From NCBI RefSeq assembly GCF_006345805.1, contig NC_043013.1, positions 46,376,001-46,440,000 on the forward strand: a stretch of DNA of 64,000 nucleotides, read 5' to 3'. Source of the stretch: Octopus sinensis. Taxonomy: Eukaryota. This document shows positions 39,803 to 51,736 of this stretch, one piece after another (the stretch's first letter is position 1; every line of letters starts with the position of its first letter). A model generated the notes under the pieces. The model searched no databases, was not told the DNA's origin, and worked only from the letters and a program-made list of their open reading frames with translations. A program made the position numbers and the translations under genes.

Positions 39803-41234
39803 GTATATGCATGTTTGTGCACATGAGCATGTATGTGTTAGTTGTGTTCAGAAAGCTAGGGTGTAGCTATATGTGTATAACATTCATATTGTATGCAATT
39901 ATCTGTGTTATATTTTGAGTATATATGTGTACTGTGATTGTTTAGTTTGTGGATGGGAGTGATATTGAATGTGTGAGTCTCATTGTGTGAGAGTAGAAAG
40001 AGTGGTACTGTGTGTGTATATAGTTGGTCAAATGTCTATGCATATCAAGGTCTATGTTTGACTGGATGTATATGTATGTGAGTGTGCAGTGATAGGGTTT
40101 GTGCTAAAGGAAATATAGCTGGGCACATTAGGGATGAAAGTTTGAAGACTGAAAGTGAGTTCTTGTTCATGTTGGTGAAAAACTCTGGGGAATTAGTGTA
40201 GGGCTACACATGTACAGTCAAGATAGATATCATGTAGATATTTGGTAATGTGGTTAGACAAGTGTTATTCAGTCTGTCTTCAGCATGTTGGAAGTTGCAG
40301 AGGGAGGATTTTATGCAGCAAATGAGATTGGTACAGGTGCAGATGAATGAGTTGGTTATACAGAATGGTGGTTAGATCCAATGAGAAGCATGATGTAGGA
40401 AAAGAAGGGTAGGTGTTACAATAGGGAGGGTAGGGCAAAAAAGGGATCCTATTTGGGTGTGGGAGGTAGAAAATGAGCTAGGGATGAGTAGGTTATATAT
40501 GTATATAAAGGAGAAGAGAAATGTCTTTGGGATGATGTCAGAAGTGGTATTGGTATATGTTTGGAAGATACAGAATATGCATAGAATAACATTGGAGGGA
40601 ATATTGTATATGTGTGGTAGGAGAGAGAGAAAGACAGTTGATAGTTTTTATATATATGTGTGTATGTGTTAGTAAAATCTTAGATATTTTGATATAGTGT
40701 GAATAAAAAGTGCATATAATATATAACCAGTATATAGAATTTCGTGTATGCGGTTACATTACAAAAGAAAAATCTGTGAAGAAAACGTATCTTCTTTCAT
40801 CAAACTTTCTTGTTACTGGTCTCCATAGATACAAAAGCCACAGAGTAAACATCAAAAAAAAAAATAAAAACCCAAGACAGGAGAGTTACTTCTGAAATTA
40901 TATAAGTAATTATAAAAATAACTCTCCAGTCTTGTTTTTACTATATTAAAATTTGTCATGGGAAAGAATGACAAAGATTGAAGTTTAGACTTACTTTGCT
41001 TTTGCACAGTCTGACAAAGGTAAGCAAGCCAAAACTTCAAAGGTACTGTCAACTCTTTCTTTGTAGACATTTTATGGACATGTACTGTACAAAAAGTAAT
41101 CCTTAAGTTTGATGGTAAATTGTTATATATAAGTTGACATAAAAACAATACAGACACATCACTCCATGATTTATAGATATATGCACATATATTTATATAC
41201 ATACTTATATACACACACACACACATATATATAT

Positions 41235-41357
41235 AGAGAGAGTTTACGAAAAGACGAAGACAGGTGGTGTACAAAACAAACAGATGTATTAGTATAATGC
41301 TCAGGAATAGAAAAAGTCTTTTACATTTCGAGCCTATGCTCTTCTACAGAAGGAGAC
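41235..41357 (-). mobile_element. Penelope/retrozyme-like repeat family B, second copy
   Basis: gagagtttacgaaaagacgaagacaggtggtgtacaaaacaaacagatgtattagt...; minus strand 41353-41318 reads CCUU CUGUAGA A GAGC AUAG GCUC GAAAU GUA AAAG. Confidence 0.6.
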
Positions 41358-43167
41358 ACACACACACACACACATAATTATAAACATATTCTCACACACA
41401 CATGAATGAGCTGACTGTGCCTTAAGAAAAACCATGGAGCAGGTTTATGAGAAAGCCAGCCAAATACCAGGAGCCAGTTGATCAGTGCATAAGCTGAGGC
41501 TTGTGGGCATGCAGCAGCCAATTAAAGTAGGCTGCAAAGCTCTGACGGCACTGGAATTACTAGTGCAGCAAGGAGTGGCCATACATTCCATTGCAGAAGC
41601 TGCAAGTATTTCTACTATTAGAGCTGGGTAGAGAGAGTAGGTCCGTACGTTACTGCTGGGATCCAAGCCGGTACTTGATCAGCCTTGACTGTGTTAACTA
41701 AACAAGGGGATCTGATATTGAAAGACCCGGGATGGAATCCCTTAAGGCATCAGGAACATCAGCGGTGATCCATGTCACAGCATCTATGAAAAATATAAGG
41801 GTTGTCCTGATAGTAATACAAAATGGAGAATTCCTCACCATCATGTGTGAGTCGACTGATTCAGGTCTTAATATAAAATTTGTACCTGTATTCACATTAC
41901 TTTCGGGATATAATCAAGAGACAGGTGCAGCCATTGCTGATGATGTAGCCAACATCTTCATGGTAGGGTGGAATAAAGTATTCAAACAGTACCAAACAGA
42001 GAAATCCATACCTATAGAGATGTACACTTATATAGAAAAGATCCAGCATATAGCAATGTCCATCGATGAATGCCTTAAAGCTACCATTAATTACCGATCC
42101 AAACACCCCAACAAAAGGTTACCAGTTCTAGATAAGGATCTTTAGCTAGAAATTATATAGTGGCAAGAAACAGCTTGTCCACCCATATTATATGAAACTT
42201 ATGGCAAATAAACAGCTGGCACTCCAGAGCTCTGTTTTGTCAACAAATGCAAAAATAAACATCTTGACAGTGGACCAAGGAAAGATTATGGGAAACATAT
42301 TTCATGTATATGTACAGAATTTCAGCTATCACATACATCTCCCTGGATACAACCAATTAGATCAGATCAGGGTAGACAAATTGCTAGAGAAATGTTTGAA
42401 ACTATCATCAGCATTCTAATGGAGTGTGCCCCATGTACTGGAGAAAATTCTGGAACAGATTCAAAAGGGAAAAGCTGGGCAAGGAAAATTCCTGGTATGA
42501 CAAAAACAAATTCCAAGATGTGATGTTCATTGGTGCTAGACCCAGAGGTGAACGAACCTGTAAATTTAGGAAAAGCACTATGTGGCAGAAAACTTAAAAT
42601 CAAACACAATGGCCCAATGCAAAATGCTGGAAGCAAGAATTCTTTTCTGATACCCAAAAGACCCAACCTAATGCTCGATAACAGACGCTATACAAGCATA
42701 AGATGCAAACTTAGCCATGAAGAATAAGTTGAAATGCCTACCACAACAAGAACAATACTTGAATAACATAATTCCAAAAGCAACTATAAACAACCAAAAC
42801 ACACACACACAGATGTTCGGAAGTAATTAAACGAAAACATCGTTAGCTCTCGTTAGATGTAACAAGAGAAAAATCAGTTGAAAACTAAAAAGACCAAGCA
42901 TTTAAAGGCAAACTGTATACTAGACTTGTGTTATAAAAGATACCTTGAGGACAGAGGAAAACATTGACTGCTTTGAGAAAAGAAAGAAAATGAAATATAG
43001 TCAAACAACAACTGATGAATACGTTTATAGGCTTTATTAATTTTGACTCTCTCCAAATATATCAATATATATATATATATAATAACAAATTAATAAATAA
43101 AACATATGCATATATACATACATATATGTACGTACCTACATCTACATGTATATATACATGCATATAT

Positions 43168-43485
43168 GGGTACAGGACACCAAACGTCGAACACAATGAG
43201 AAACGAAAACATAAACACAAAACCAAGGAAATGGACATTTTTCTTAAACAACGAAAAAATAGAGTACAGGACATACAACACAAGGAAAATTCCCCTTCTT
43301 CAGTCGCATCTGTTTCATCTACTCCGCGTATCGAAGGTAAAGGCGAGACACGACTTTGTTGAAACATTCCTTCCCACAAAGGGCAAATTAAATAAAATTT
43401 GAGATTTTTTCGCGGAGGGGTAAAAATGGTTACAAAACCAGGACAATAAAGACAGTACAAAATATAAACAGTAAAAGACAGGACA
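43168..43485. mobile_element. Unclassified CpG-retaining repeat inserted in a TA-rich tract within the LINE
   Basis: Sharp compositional contrast with its flanks; internal gtacaggaca duplication; (TA)-rich flanks. Confidence 0.45.
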
Positions 43486-44353
43486 TATATATAAATGATG
43501 TTATAATGAAAACTTTAAGTCTTGTGAAATACAGCTACCCAGATTTTTGGGACCAAAACTTTAATTTATTTCACCATTTTCTATTTGTTGAAGCCTTACC
43601 ACATAGCTATCTATCTATATATATAATCGTCACTGTTTTTAACATCCACTTTTCAATAAATATGCTTAGGTCAGGTGGAATTCATTTTCTACAGCTGAAT
43701 GCCCTTCCTGTCGACAACACTCACTTGTTTCTGAGCAAAGTAATATTTCCATATGACTGGACATGTTTGCATAGATAACTGGAAACAGATTACTGCTTAT
43801 ATGATAATGACACTCTACCATGTAATATCAAGAAAAGGGGGCACAAACAGAAAAGCATGTGTGTGTGCACACAAACACACGTGTGTGCATGTACAAGAGG
43901 CTGTTTTCTGTTTCTACCAACCAAATTCTCTAACACTGAATGACCTGAATATCAAATTCTCTTGGGAATGTCATTGCATGAACAAAAACAAACAGATCTA
44001 CCTGAACTCTCTAACATGTTGTTCATGGAACAAATTATGTTTCAGCCCACCAGGAGCAAATACATGCACAGTCTCTGCTTCATAAAGAACATGGAACTCA
44101 CCTATAATGCGACAATCTTCTTGATCCACAACCTAATAGAACTTACAATGTATGGTCCAAGGGAAACCACAAATATACACTCAGTTATCCAGCCAAAACA
44201 TTCACAAAACTGATTGGAAATCAGTCCAGAAGAGGTCCTTGTTTAAGGACTGGCAAGAAATTTCTTGATGCAATGCAATGAAACAATGCTTGAATTATTC
44301 GTGTCAATGACACAAGTTCTTATGGGAGAGAACAAAGTTGACATATCACTTAA

Positions 44354-44570
44354 CCCTTTAGCATTGAAACTGACCATATCCAGCCAGGTATTTCACTTGT
44401 TTTGTGTTCAAACCTGCCAGATTTGGCCTCTCACACATATTCTACAATGCCATTCTAGAAATAAACAATGACAATCATCGAAAGTTTGAAACTGTGAGAT
44501 AATGCACAGTTAATTCAAAACAATGTAAATAAATAAGTTCTACATGTGGCAAGGAAATCTGAATACTTAG
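44354..44570 (-). mobile_element. piggyBac-like MITE, inverted copy of 32740-32958
   Basis: TTAA|ccctttagca...gttcaaacctgccagatttggcctctcacac...gagataatgca...aatctgaatact; far end eroded. Confidence 0.75.
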
Positions 44571-45218
44571 TATTCAGACAATAAACAAACAACAAGCAAT
44601 CTGACAATATAAAGAAGAAAATCAGGCACTGTCATGAAAGGGTGATATCAGAGAAACTCGGCTATAGAAAATATATACAAACAACACATTTGTTAAAGAA
44701 ATGGCCAGTGTGCATCACAAAATATGGCCATTATTCCAAAAAGACAACTCGTTAAGAGCAAACACCAAAAGGATAAGTGAAATACTGAATGAGCAGTTAA
44801 AAAGTTGTTTACACTTTCCCACAGGACATGTGCAAGTAAATAAACCAGAAGAGATCTTTGATACAACAACTCTTCATTGGAAGATGCCAACCATTGTTAC
44901 ATGACATAAATGAGGTAGATATAATATCAACCAGAGATAAAATGAGCTTAAACTGGGCCCTGGTGGATTCCCAGCAATCCTCCTAAAAGTGGTATATAAA
45001 CAAATTTTAGCTAAACCACACTAGAAACTTCCCCAAAGCTTCTTGGTAATTAAGAAATCTCTGAAAAAGATGAAGGAAGGTACAATATGTCCTACTCTGA
45101 CTTCATATCACCAAAGTAATAGAGTCAAACACTCAGCAAAGCCCAGAAAGAAGCTGCCTTACTCAAACCCTGCAGCACTATGACTGGATATTGAAAGAGC
45201 TGTTTAATCATTCATTAT

Positions 45219-45608
45219 ATCTTTTATTTGTTCCAGTCATTAGACTGTGGCCATGTCGGAGCACTACCTTGAGGAATTTTAGTTGAATGTATCAACTCCT
45301 AGATTTATTTCTTTTAAAAACCTAGTACTTATTCTATTGGTTTCTTTTGCAGAACTCCTAAGTTATGGGGATGTAAGCACACCGGCACCAGTTGTCAAGT
45401 ATTGGTGGGGGGACAAACACAAACATAAAGACACATAAACACATATATATATGACAGGCTTCTTTCAGTTTCCATTTATCAAATCCACCGACAAGGCTTT
45501 GGCCAGCCCAAGGCTATAGTAGAAGACATTTGCCCAAGGTGCCATGCAGTGGGACTGAACCCCGAACCATGTCGTTGGTAAGCAAGCTACTTACCACACA
45601 GCCACCCT
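45219..45608 (-). mobile_element. SINE family 1 copy inserted in the LINE RT region
   Basis: Collinear with 18304-18678. Confidence 0.87.
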
Positions 45609-46139
45609 GTGGTTTTTGCAAAGAACAATAATGGTGTGTAGGATGCTGGGACTTCCAATTAGTTCAGAAATTAAGAGAGTGGTTATGTAATGTTTTAAGA
45701 AGCACACAAGTCAGAGGGTGGCAGCAAATGGTGCCTTTCCAACGGAAATGCTGATTTTGAGTCGAGTTCCTCTCGAACCCTTTTTGGGACCAATGCTACT
45801 AATGGGTGCTCTGTCAGACACACGGTCAGGTATATGTACAAGTAATCCCAGTAGCAATATTGATGAGGCAATTCAGAACACTGATGATGATGCTGTACAT
45901 TAACAGCATGATCTTAATGCAGTCTACAAGAGGGCGGAAGAAAATAATATGCAATTTCATAACAAAGAATTCTGAGGTCTGAAGAACTAGAATTCATAGA
46001 GAGAGAGAAAGAGAGAGATTGCAATTCCAGATTTGCAGTCAGCACAGACCCATACACATATATTTCTGCATGTACACACACACACTCATGCACGTTATAT
46101 CTATATCTATGTAACATCGTCCATTTTTCCGTCCTTGTT

Positions 46140-46346
46140 TAGTATACATTCAAAGCTTTTTTCCAAGGAATCTAATGCTCTCAGCTTAGTTTTTCCTTGG
46201 GGCTGGCCAGATTGGAGCAATCTCGAGTATAACCAGCCGAAATTGCAAGGATGATCCGGTTCTTGACTGAAGATTGAAGGCTTCAAATGACCAGTCTGTG
46301 TTTTTTGTATCGTCTTCTGAATGTTTTGCGTTCTTGTCCCATTTTG

Positions 46347-46350
<4 letters not shown>
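46140..46350. mobile_element. Unclassified repeat abutting (TA)n/(GATA)n
   Basis: CpG-retaining block with internal pairings ccttg/caagg and ggctgg/ccagcc, ending at a (TA)n tract. Confidence 0.4.
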
Positions 46351-46382
<32 letters not shown>

Positions 46383-46719
46383 TAGATAGATAGATAGATA
46401 GATAGATCCAACGTATGCAGAATGAACAGAAAAAGTACTCCATCCAATGAGAGATAAGTTTTAATTTAATACACGTACTGAAAGAGCTACTATAAGTTTC
46501 ATGCTTTTATGATACTTGTAATAGGCGTATTTATAAAATACACCATGTATCTTCCAAATAATCTTTCAGACTCTGTATATACATTAGATATATTGTAAAA
46601 ACAAGGATGTTGGAGAGTGAGAAAAATAAGAAAAAACTAGAAGAAAAAATCTGCATACATGTGTATGTATGTATATATATATACATTTATACAGATGTGT
46701 GTATGTATGTATATATATA

Positions 46720-46920
46720 TAGTTAATGCAAACATGAAAACACAACAACGTGAGGATGTGGAACAAGTATGGTGTTATTGGATGCTCAGGAAAGAAGGAA
46801 ATAAGGAGGGTTTAATGTTTCGAGCGGAGCTCTTCATCAGAAACATAGGTAAAGGAAAGATCCAAAGAAGGGAAGACGGAGGAAAAAAAATCGCCAACGG
46901 TACACACGAGGTCACATTTT
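46720..46920 (-). mobile_element. Penelope/retrozyme-like repeat family A, second copy
   Basis: Homologous to 33715-33915; (TA)n flanks. Confidence 0.65.
46810..46844 (-). ncRNA. Minimal type I hammerhead ribozyme-like motif (canonical CUGAUGA core)
   Basis: GUUU CUGAUGA A GAGC UCC GCUC GAAAC AUU AAAC; stem III carries a G-to-A change relative to the 33808 copy. Confidence 0.6.
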
Positions 46921-47091
46921 GAATATATATATATATATATATATGAATATATACATTATTTTCATGTGTGTGTGTAAATATATATATTTATTTGTTTATG
47001 TGTTTAGATATGTACACACACACACACACACACTTATAGATGTATATTTTTCAATAACCACGAAGGTGTTTAAGTTCACGATCATAATATC

Positions 47092-47296
47092 ATGGACCAG
47101 ACGGTGCATCACATTATTCCTCAAGGTACTTCATTTCAAGTGGCTTCAATCAACGCACCCGACAACAAACAGAAGCCTGGTGCTGGTGAAGCCTTGTCGC
47201 TCTCCACCTATACAATATCTTCAATGTTACTACAGCTGAAAGGAGACAGAGCAGAGAGGACCGAGACTGTTTCCACATCTCCCTGCAACTACACAG
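47092..47296 (+). CDS. Candidate coding exon of an unidentified gene
   Basis: Unique, CpG-retaining island between microsatellites; ATG-initiated open frame MDQTVHHIIPQGTSFQVASINAP...STSPCNYT ending at CAG|GTATGT (phase 1); no recognisable homology. Confidence 0.3.
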
Positions 47297-49882
47297 GTAT
47301 GTACGGCAATTAATGATAGCATGGTGCATGTGAGCAATTAACACTTGCTGGCAAGTGATGGCTATAGGCTCAAGCATAAAATACACACAAACACACACAT
47401 ATATATATATATATATATACATTTACACAGATGTGTGTATGTATGTATGTATATATAATATAATATATATATATATATATATATACATTTACACAGATGT
47501 ATATATGTGTGTATGTATGTATATATGATATAATATATATATATATACAAACACACACATTTATACCTGCACTTGTGTATGTATGTATATATATATATTA
47601 GATACATATATATATACATGTGTGTATAGGTATAAATCCTTATAAATATGTATATATAAATCATTATACATGTGTGTTCATATATATATATATATATACC
47701 AGCAGTATATTGGATAACTGATATTCCATAGTGGGTTACCTTCATAATCCCTATCTTACTTTGTACTATATATATATATATATATACCGGAGTAAGCACA
47801 TAAATGTATATTATATACATATATATAATATTTTGATATACATCTTTATATATATACATGTACACATGTACCATATACCTACACACAGATAAATGTATAT
47901 CCTTGGGCTGACTAAAGCCTTAAGAGCAGAAAAAGGAGATGAGATCTAAATAAAATAACCATCATATACATGTGAGTGTATATGTGTATATGTGTATATA
48001 TGTGTGTGTACATACACGTGCATGTGTTTGTGTCTGTGTGTTGGTTCATGTGTGTGTGACACTTCGAAAACTGCTAAGCCACAACAGATGACGTCACCCT
48101 CCCTATAATTAAAACTTCCTTTTCAAACCATGTGGTTTGAGTTCAGTCCTTTCGGCAAGTATTTTACCTTCGACTGGAGACTGAGGCCGAGTTAAGATTT
48201 CATGTGTGGATTTCATGGACATATATAAATAAAAGGTTATCATCCGTGTGTGTGTGCATGTGTGTGTGTGTGTCCATATCTCTATGTGTTGACATTGTTT
48301 GGTAACTGTAAACAAATGTCTTTGCTATAGATTAAGATGAAATTTCTATGTATAACAATGCATATGCATGTATCTGTGTATAAATATATACATCAATATG
48401 CATATAAATATATATAGGCTTGATAAAAAAAAAAACTACATGTGTGTATAAATATATATATATACATATATATGTATATAGCTCTTCAATCACTTCTGGT
48501 GATTAAAAATTAAAACATATATATATGCACAAACATATAAATTTCACTGTGTATATATATATATCATCATCATCATCATCATTTAACATACATATATATA
48601 TATATATACACACACACATATATATATACACACATATATATATATATATACACACATATATATATATATATACACATACATAAATACATATGTATGAACA
48701 TATGTGTATACACACAAACATAAACACATATCTGCTAAATGTCTCAACATTCCACATATATATCATCATCATCGTTTAACGTCTGCTTTCCATGCTAGCA
48801 TGGGTTGGACTGTGTGTGTATACATACATATATATATATATATATATGTCTGGAGTTGAGACAGAGAGCATGAAAGAGAGAGAATGAGACCTAATACAAA
48901 TATGTTCTAATATAAACACACATGCACAATTTATATACATGCATATATTCATATTCATACACACACACATATATGTATGTATAACGTGTGTCTACAGAGA
49001 TTGTTGAACCTCTGCCAGGTTCTTTGTCTTACATTGGCTTTATCCCTTTCCAAAAACAAGAACAAAAATTTATAAGTAAACTAAACAAAAAGGAAAAAAA
49101 TCAATCAGTCGATCAATCAATGCCACGTATCCGAGGATTAAATTATCAAAACTAAAATTTCTCTACATTGATGAACCCAATAAACATTGTAAATATTTCC
49201 AAATAAATGTAAAAGATTCTGTTTTTACTCTACTTAAATACTTTGTGATTGCTTACCATTTCTTGAGATTTGCGAGCAGTGAGAATTCTTATGTATATTT
49301 GTGTGTGTTTAAGTGAGTGTACATGCTTGTGTGTATGTATAAGCACAATGAGTGTGTGTTTGGAGAGCATGTGGCCATTGAAAATATACCTGAATGAACT
49401 CCATCCGACCCACACATGCATAGTAAGAAGGACTTTAAAATGATGATGATGCTATACATACGTACACACATATATATTACAGACACACAAGCATATCTAT
49501 ATATACATACATATACACATATATGTAATTTATATAAACAAATATCATCATCATCGTGCTAGCCTGCAATGAGCATACACATACATACATAAATGCAAAT
49601 GTTTATATATATTTTATATTACATATACAGACATACGTCGTGTATTAGTGTGTTTGTGTGTGCTTTCATGTAAAATAACGGTGATTTCACAAGAATGAAT
49701 GATACAGGAATAGATAGATACTGTGAGGAAGCTGTATAAGACAGACTGGGAAGAGGAGAGAAAAGAAGAGAAAGAAATTCTAATAAAAAAAGTGAGGTCA
49801 CAAGAGTAAAAGAAGGAGATTGGTAAAAAGCGACGCCAGTGACCAGTTCGACTATGGTAACCAGTGTAAAAATTTCAATATA

Positions 49883-50119
49883 TATTTCTTTACTACCCAC
49901 AAGGGGCTAAACACAGTGGGGATAAACAAGGACAGAAAAACGGATTAAGTCGATTATATCGATCCCCAGTGTGTAATTGGTACTGAATTTATCGACCCCC
50001 CCGAAATGATGAAAGGCAAAGTGGAACTCGGCGGAATTTGAACTCAGAACGTAACGGCAGACGAAATACGGCTATGCATTTCGCCCGGCGTGCTAACGTT
50101 TCTGCCAGCTCGCCGCCTT
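49883..50119 (-). mobile_element. SINE family 2, full length, young
   Basis: Reverse complement of 37804-38038 with most CpGs retained. Confidence 0.9.
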
Positions 50120-50555
50120 TAAAACTTCAATATAGCTGCAATCATTATTATTCATGCAGCTTTCGGTTGTAACACTTCGGGATTGTCTTAGTGACCGAGT
50201 CAGGTAACCAGTGCTTGCACTTCATCAGGAAGTTGCAGTTGTCTTTGTAAAGTAAGTCCAGATCTAGCATGATCAAAGACATTCCAGCTGTGACCATACT
50301 GTTTTTTTATTAACTGTTTTTTCTTTTCTTTACGTCTCAAGAATGTAACTTTTTTCACGACAGGGTAGGTGGCCCCTTCCAGGTTTGTTATATTTTCCAT
50401 CCATAATTTTTTAGCCTTTTTTTTAGCCATTGTTCACAAGTGATAATTACAGAGCAGCAGGCAGTGAAGTCATGTGTGTGTGTTCTAGCAAGGTCTGTGA
50501 CTTAGTCATATTTCTTATGTTGGCTCGATAGTGACCAATCTCAGTTAATGCAAAC

Positions 50556-50981
50556 GGATCTTTTCGGTTTGAACGGCAGTTTTTAACATAATGTCTAGGT
50601 AACTAAAAAATTTTAAACTTCGTATACTGGTAGAATGTGTTTATAAAAAACATCTTTTTCTCTTGGCTTTATTGAGAAAATTCTATAGTTTGTAAGATAT
50701 TTGTTGTTGTTTTTTTTCTTCAATTTCTGCAATTTCAACCAATCAATGATGTCTATTGAGGTAAAAAAAAACATTCTGTGATGTATGAATATGTCCATCG
50801 TTTAAGAAACAGATTGGGTTTATTTACATTTGTGAAGAAAAAAAGATACCCTCCCCCCACCCCTCACCCTAACCCTAAAACAGATTGAAATGCAATAAGA
50901 TCGATACTAGGGTCATAATTATGGGTGACAATTTCATATGACGCCGCTAGAAAAAAACTGCCGTTCAAACCGAAAAGATCC
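50556..50981. mobile_element. Non-autonomous DNA transposon with perfect TIRs and 8-bp TSD (Merlin-like)
   Basis: ATGCAAAC|ggatcttttcggtttgaacggcagttttt ... aaaaactgccgttcaaaccgaaaagatcc|ATGCAAAC; GG termini; internal ccctcaccctaaccctaa. Superfamily assignment is inference. Confidence 0.9.
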
Positions 50982-51676
50982 ATGCAAACAAATATATTTA
51001 TCTATGCACGTTGCAATTTTATATCATAATAATTCCTCTCTTACATTGGGCCTTCACCAATCTCTACTAAACTGAAAGTGTGATTATCGCAATACACATT
51101 ATTATCACTTGGTGTAAACAAGAAAGAGATGGCTGTTTGGTTGAAGTGTGTTATAACAATCAATTTGCAAGCAGAAAGGCTAAGAAGTCGTCTTCTGTTG
51201 ATTAAATCAGCTCTTTAGTTTTTACTATTTTGACTATGGCTTTTTGTAAAGAACAAGCATAAAACTTCAGCATATGGTTTATCTAACAACCCATCTCTTC
51301 AACCTCACGAATGAAGGACACAACCTGGTCAAGATATCAATGTTTTATATTTAGGGACTAGCTAACAGGCATTATCTCACAAACAGACACGCACACACTG
51401 TAAATGTTGATCACACAGAGAAAATAGTTTTGTATCTCGTCTATTTGTTAAACCTGCCTTGTCCTATAACACAAACCTTTGTGTTTTGAGAGGAACAACA
51501 TTAACTAAACTTAACACTACATATATATATATATATTTTTCATTTTCATTTTCATCTAGTTTCAGCTCATGAGCTGTGGCCATGCTGGGGCACCGCCATT
51601 CAATCCCCATATACATATAGAAATCTATTTATAGATACACACACACACATATATATATATACATATGCATATTGTA

Positions 51677-51736
<60 letters not shown>

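Larger units (their letters stand above)
41420..45990 (+). mobile_element. Decayed CR1/L2-group LINE (endonuclease and RT remnants, putative ORF1 at about 41.7-42.7 kb), split by younger insertions
   Basis: LFMEQIMFQPTRSKYMHSLCF...HNLIEL (APE C-terminus, 43962-44213); RISEILNEQLKS (44701-44904); TGPGGFPAILLK (about 44952-44990, cf. PGPDG); SRVPLEPFLGPMLL (cf. SGVPQGSVLGPLLF, 45718-45903); ENNMQFHNKEF. The 5' boundary and ORF1 assignment are uncertain. Confidence 0.8.

Noticed and set aside
41732-42145. 137-aa ORF as a host gene exon
   Set aside because: No clear splice signals, followed by stop-riddled sequence collinear with LINE endonuclease and RT remnants; more likely decayed ORF1
50858-50878. 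Interstitial telomere
   Set aside because: Only about three CCCTAA-like units, lying inside a MITE
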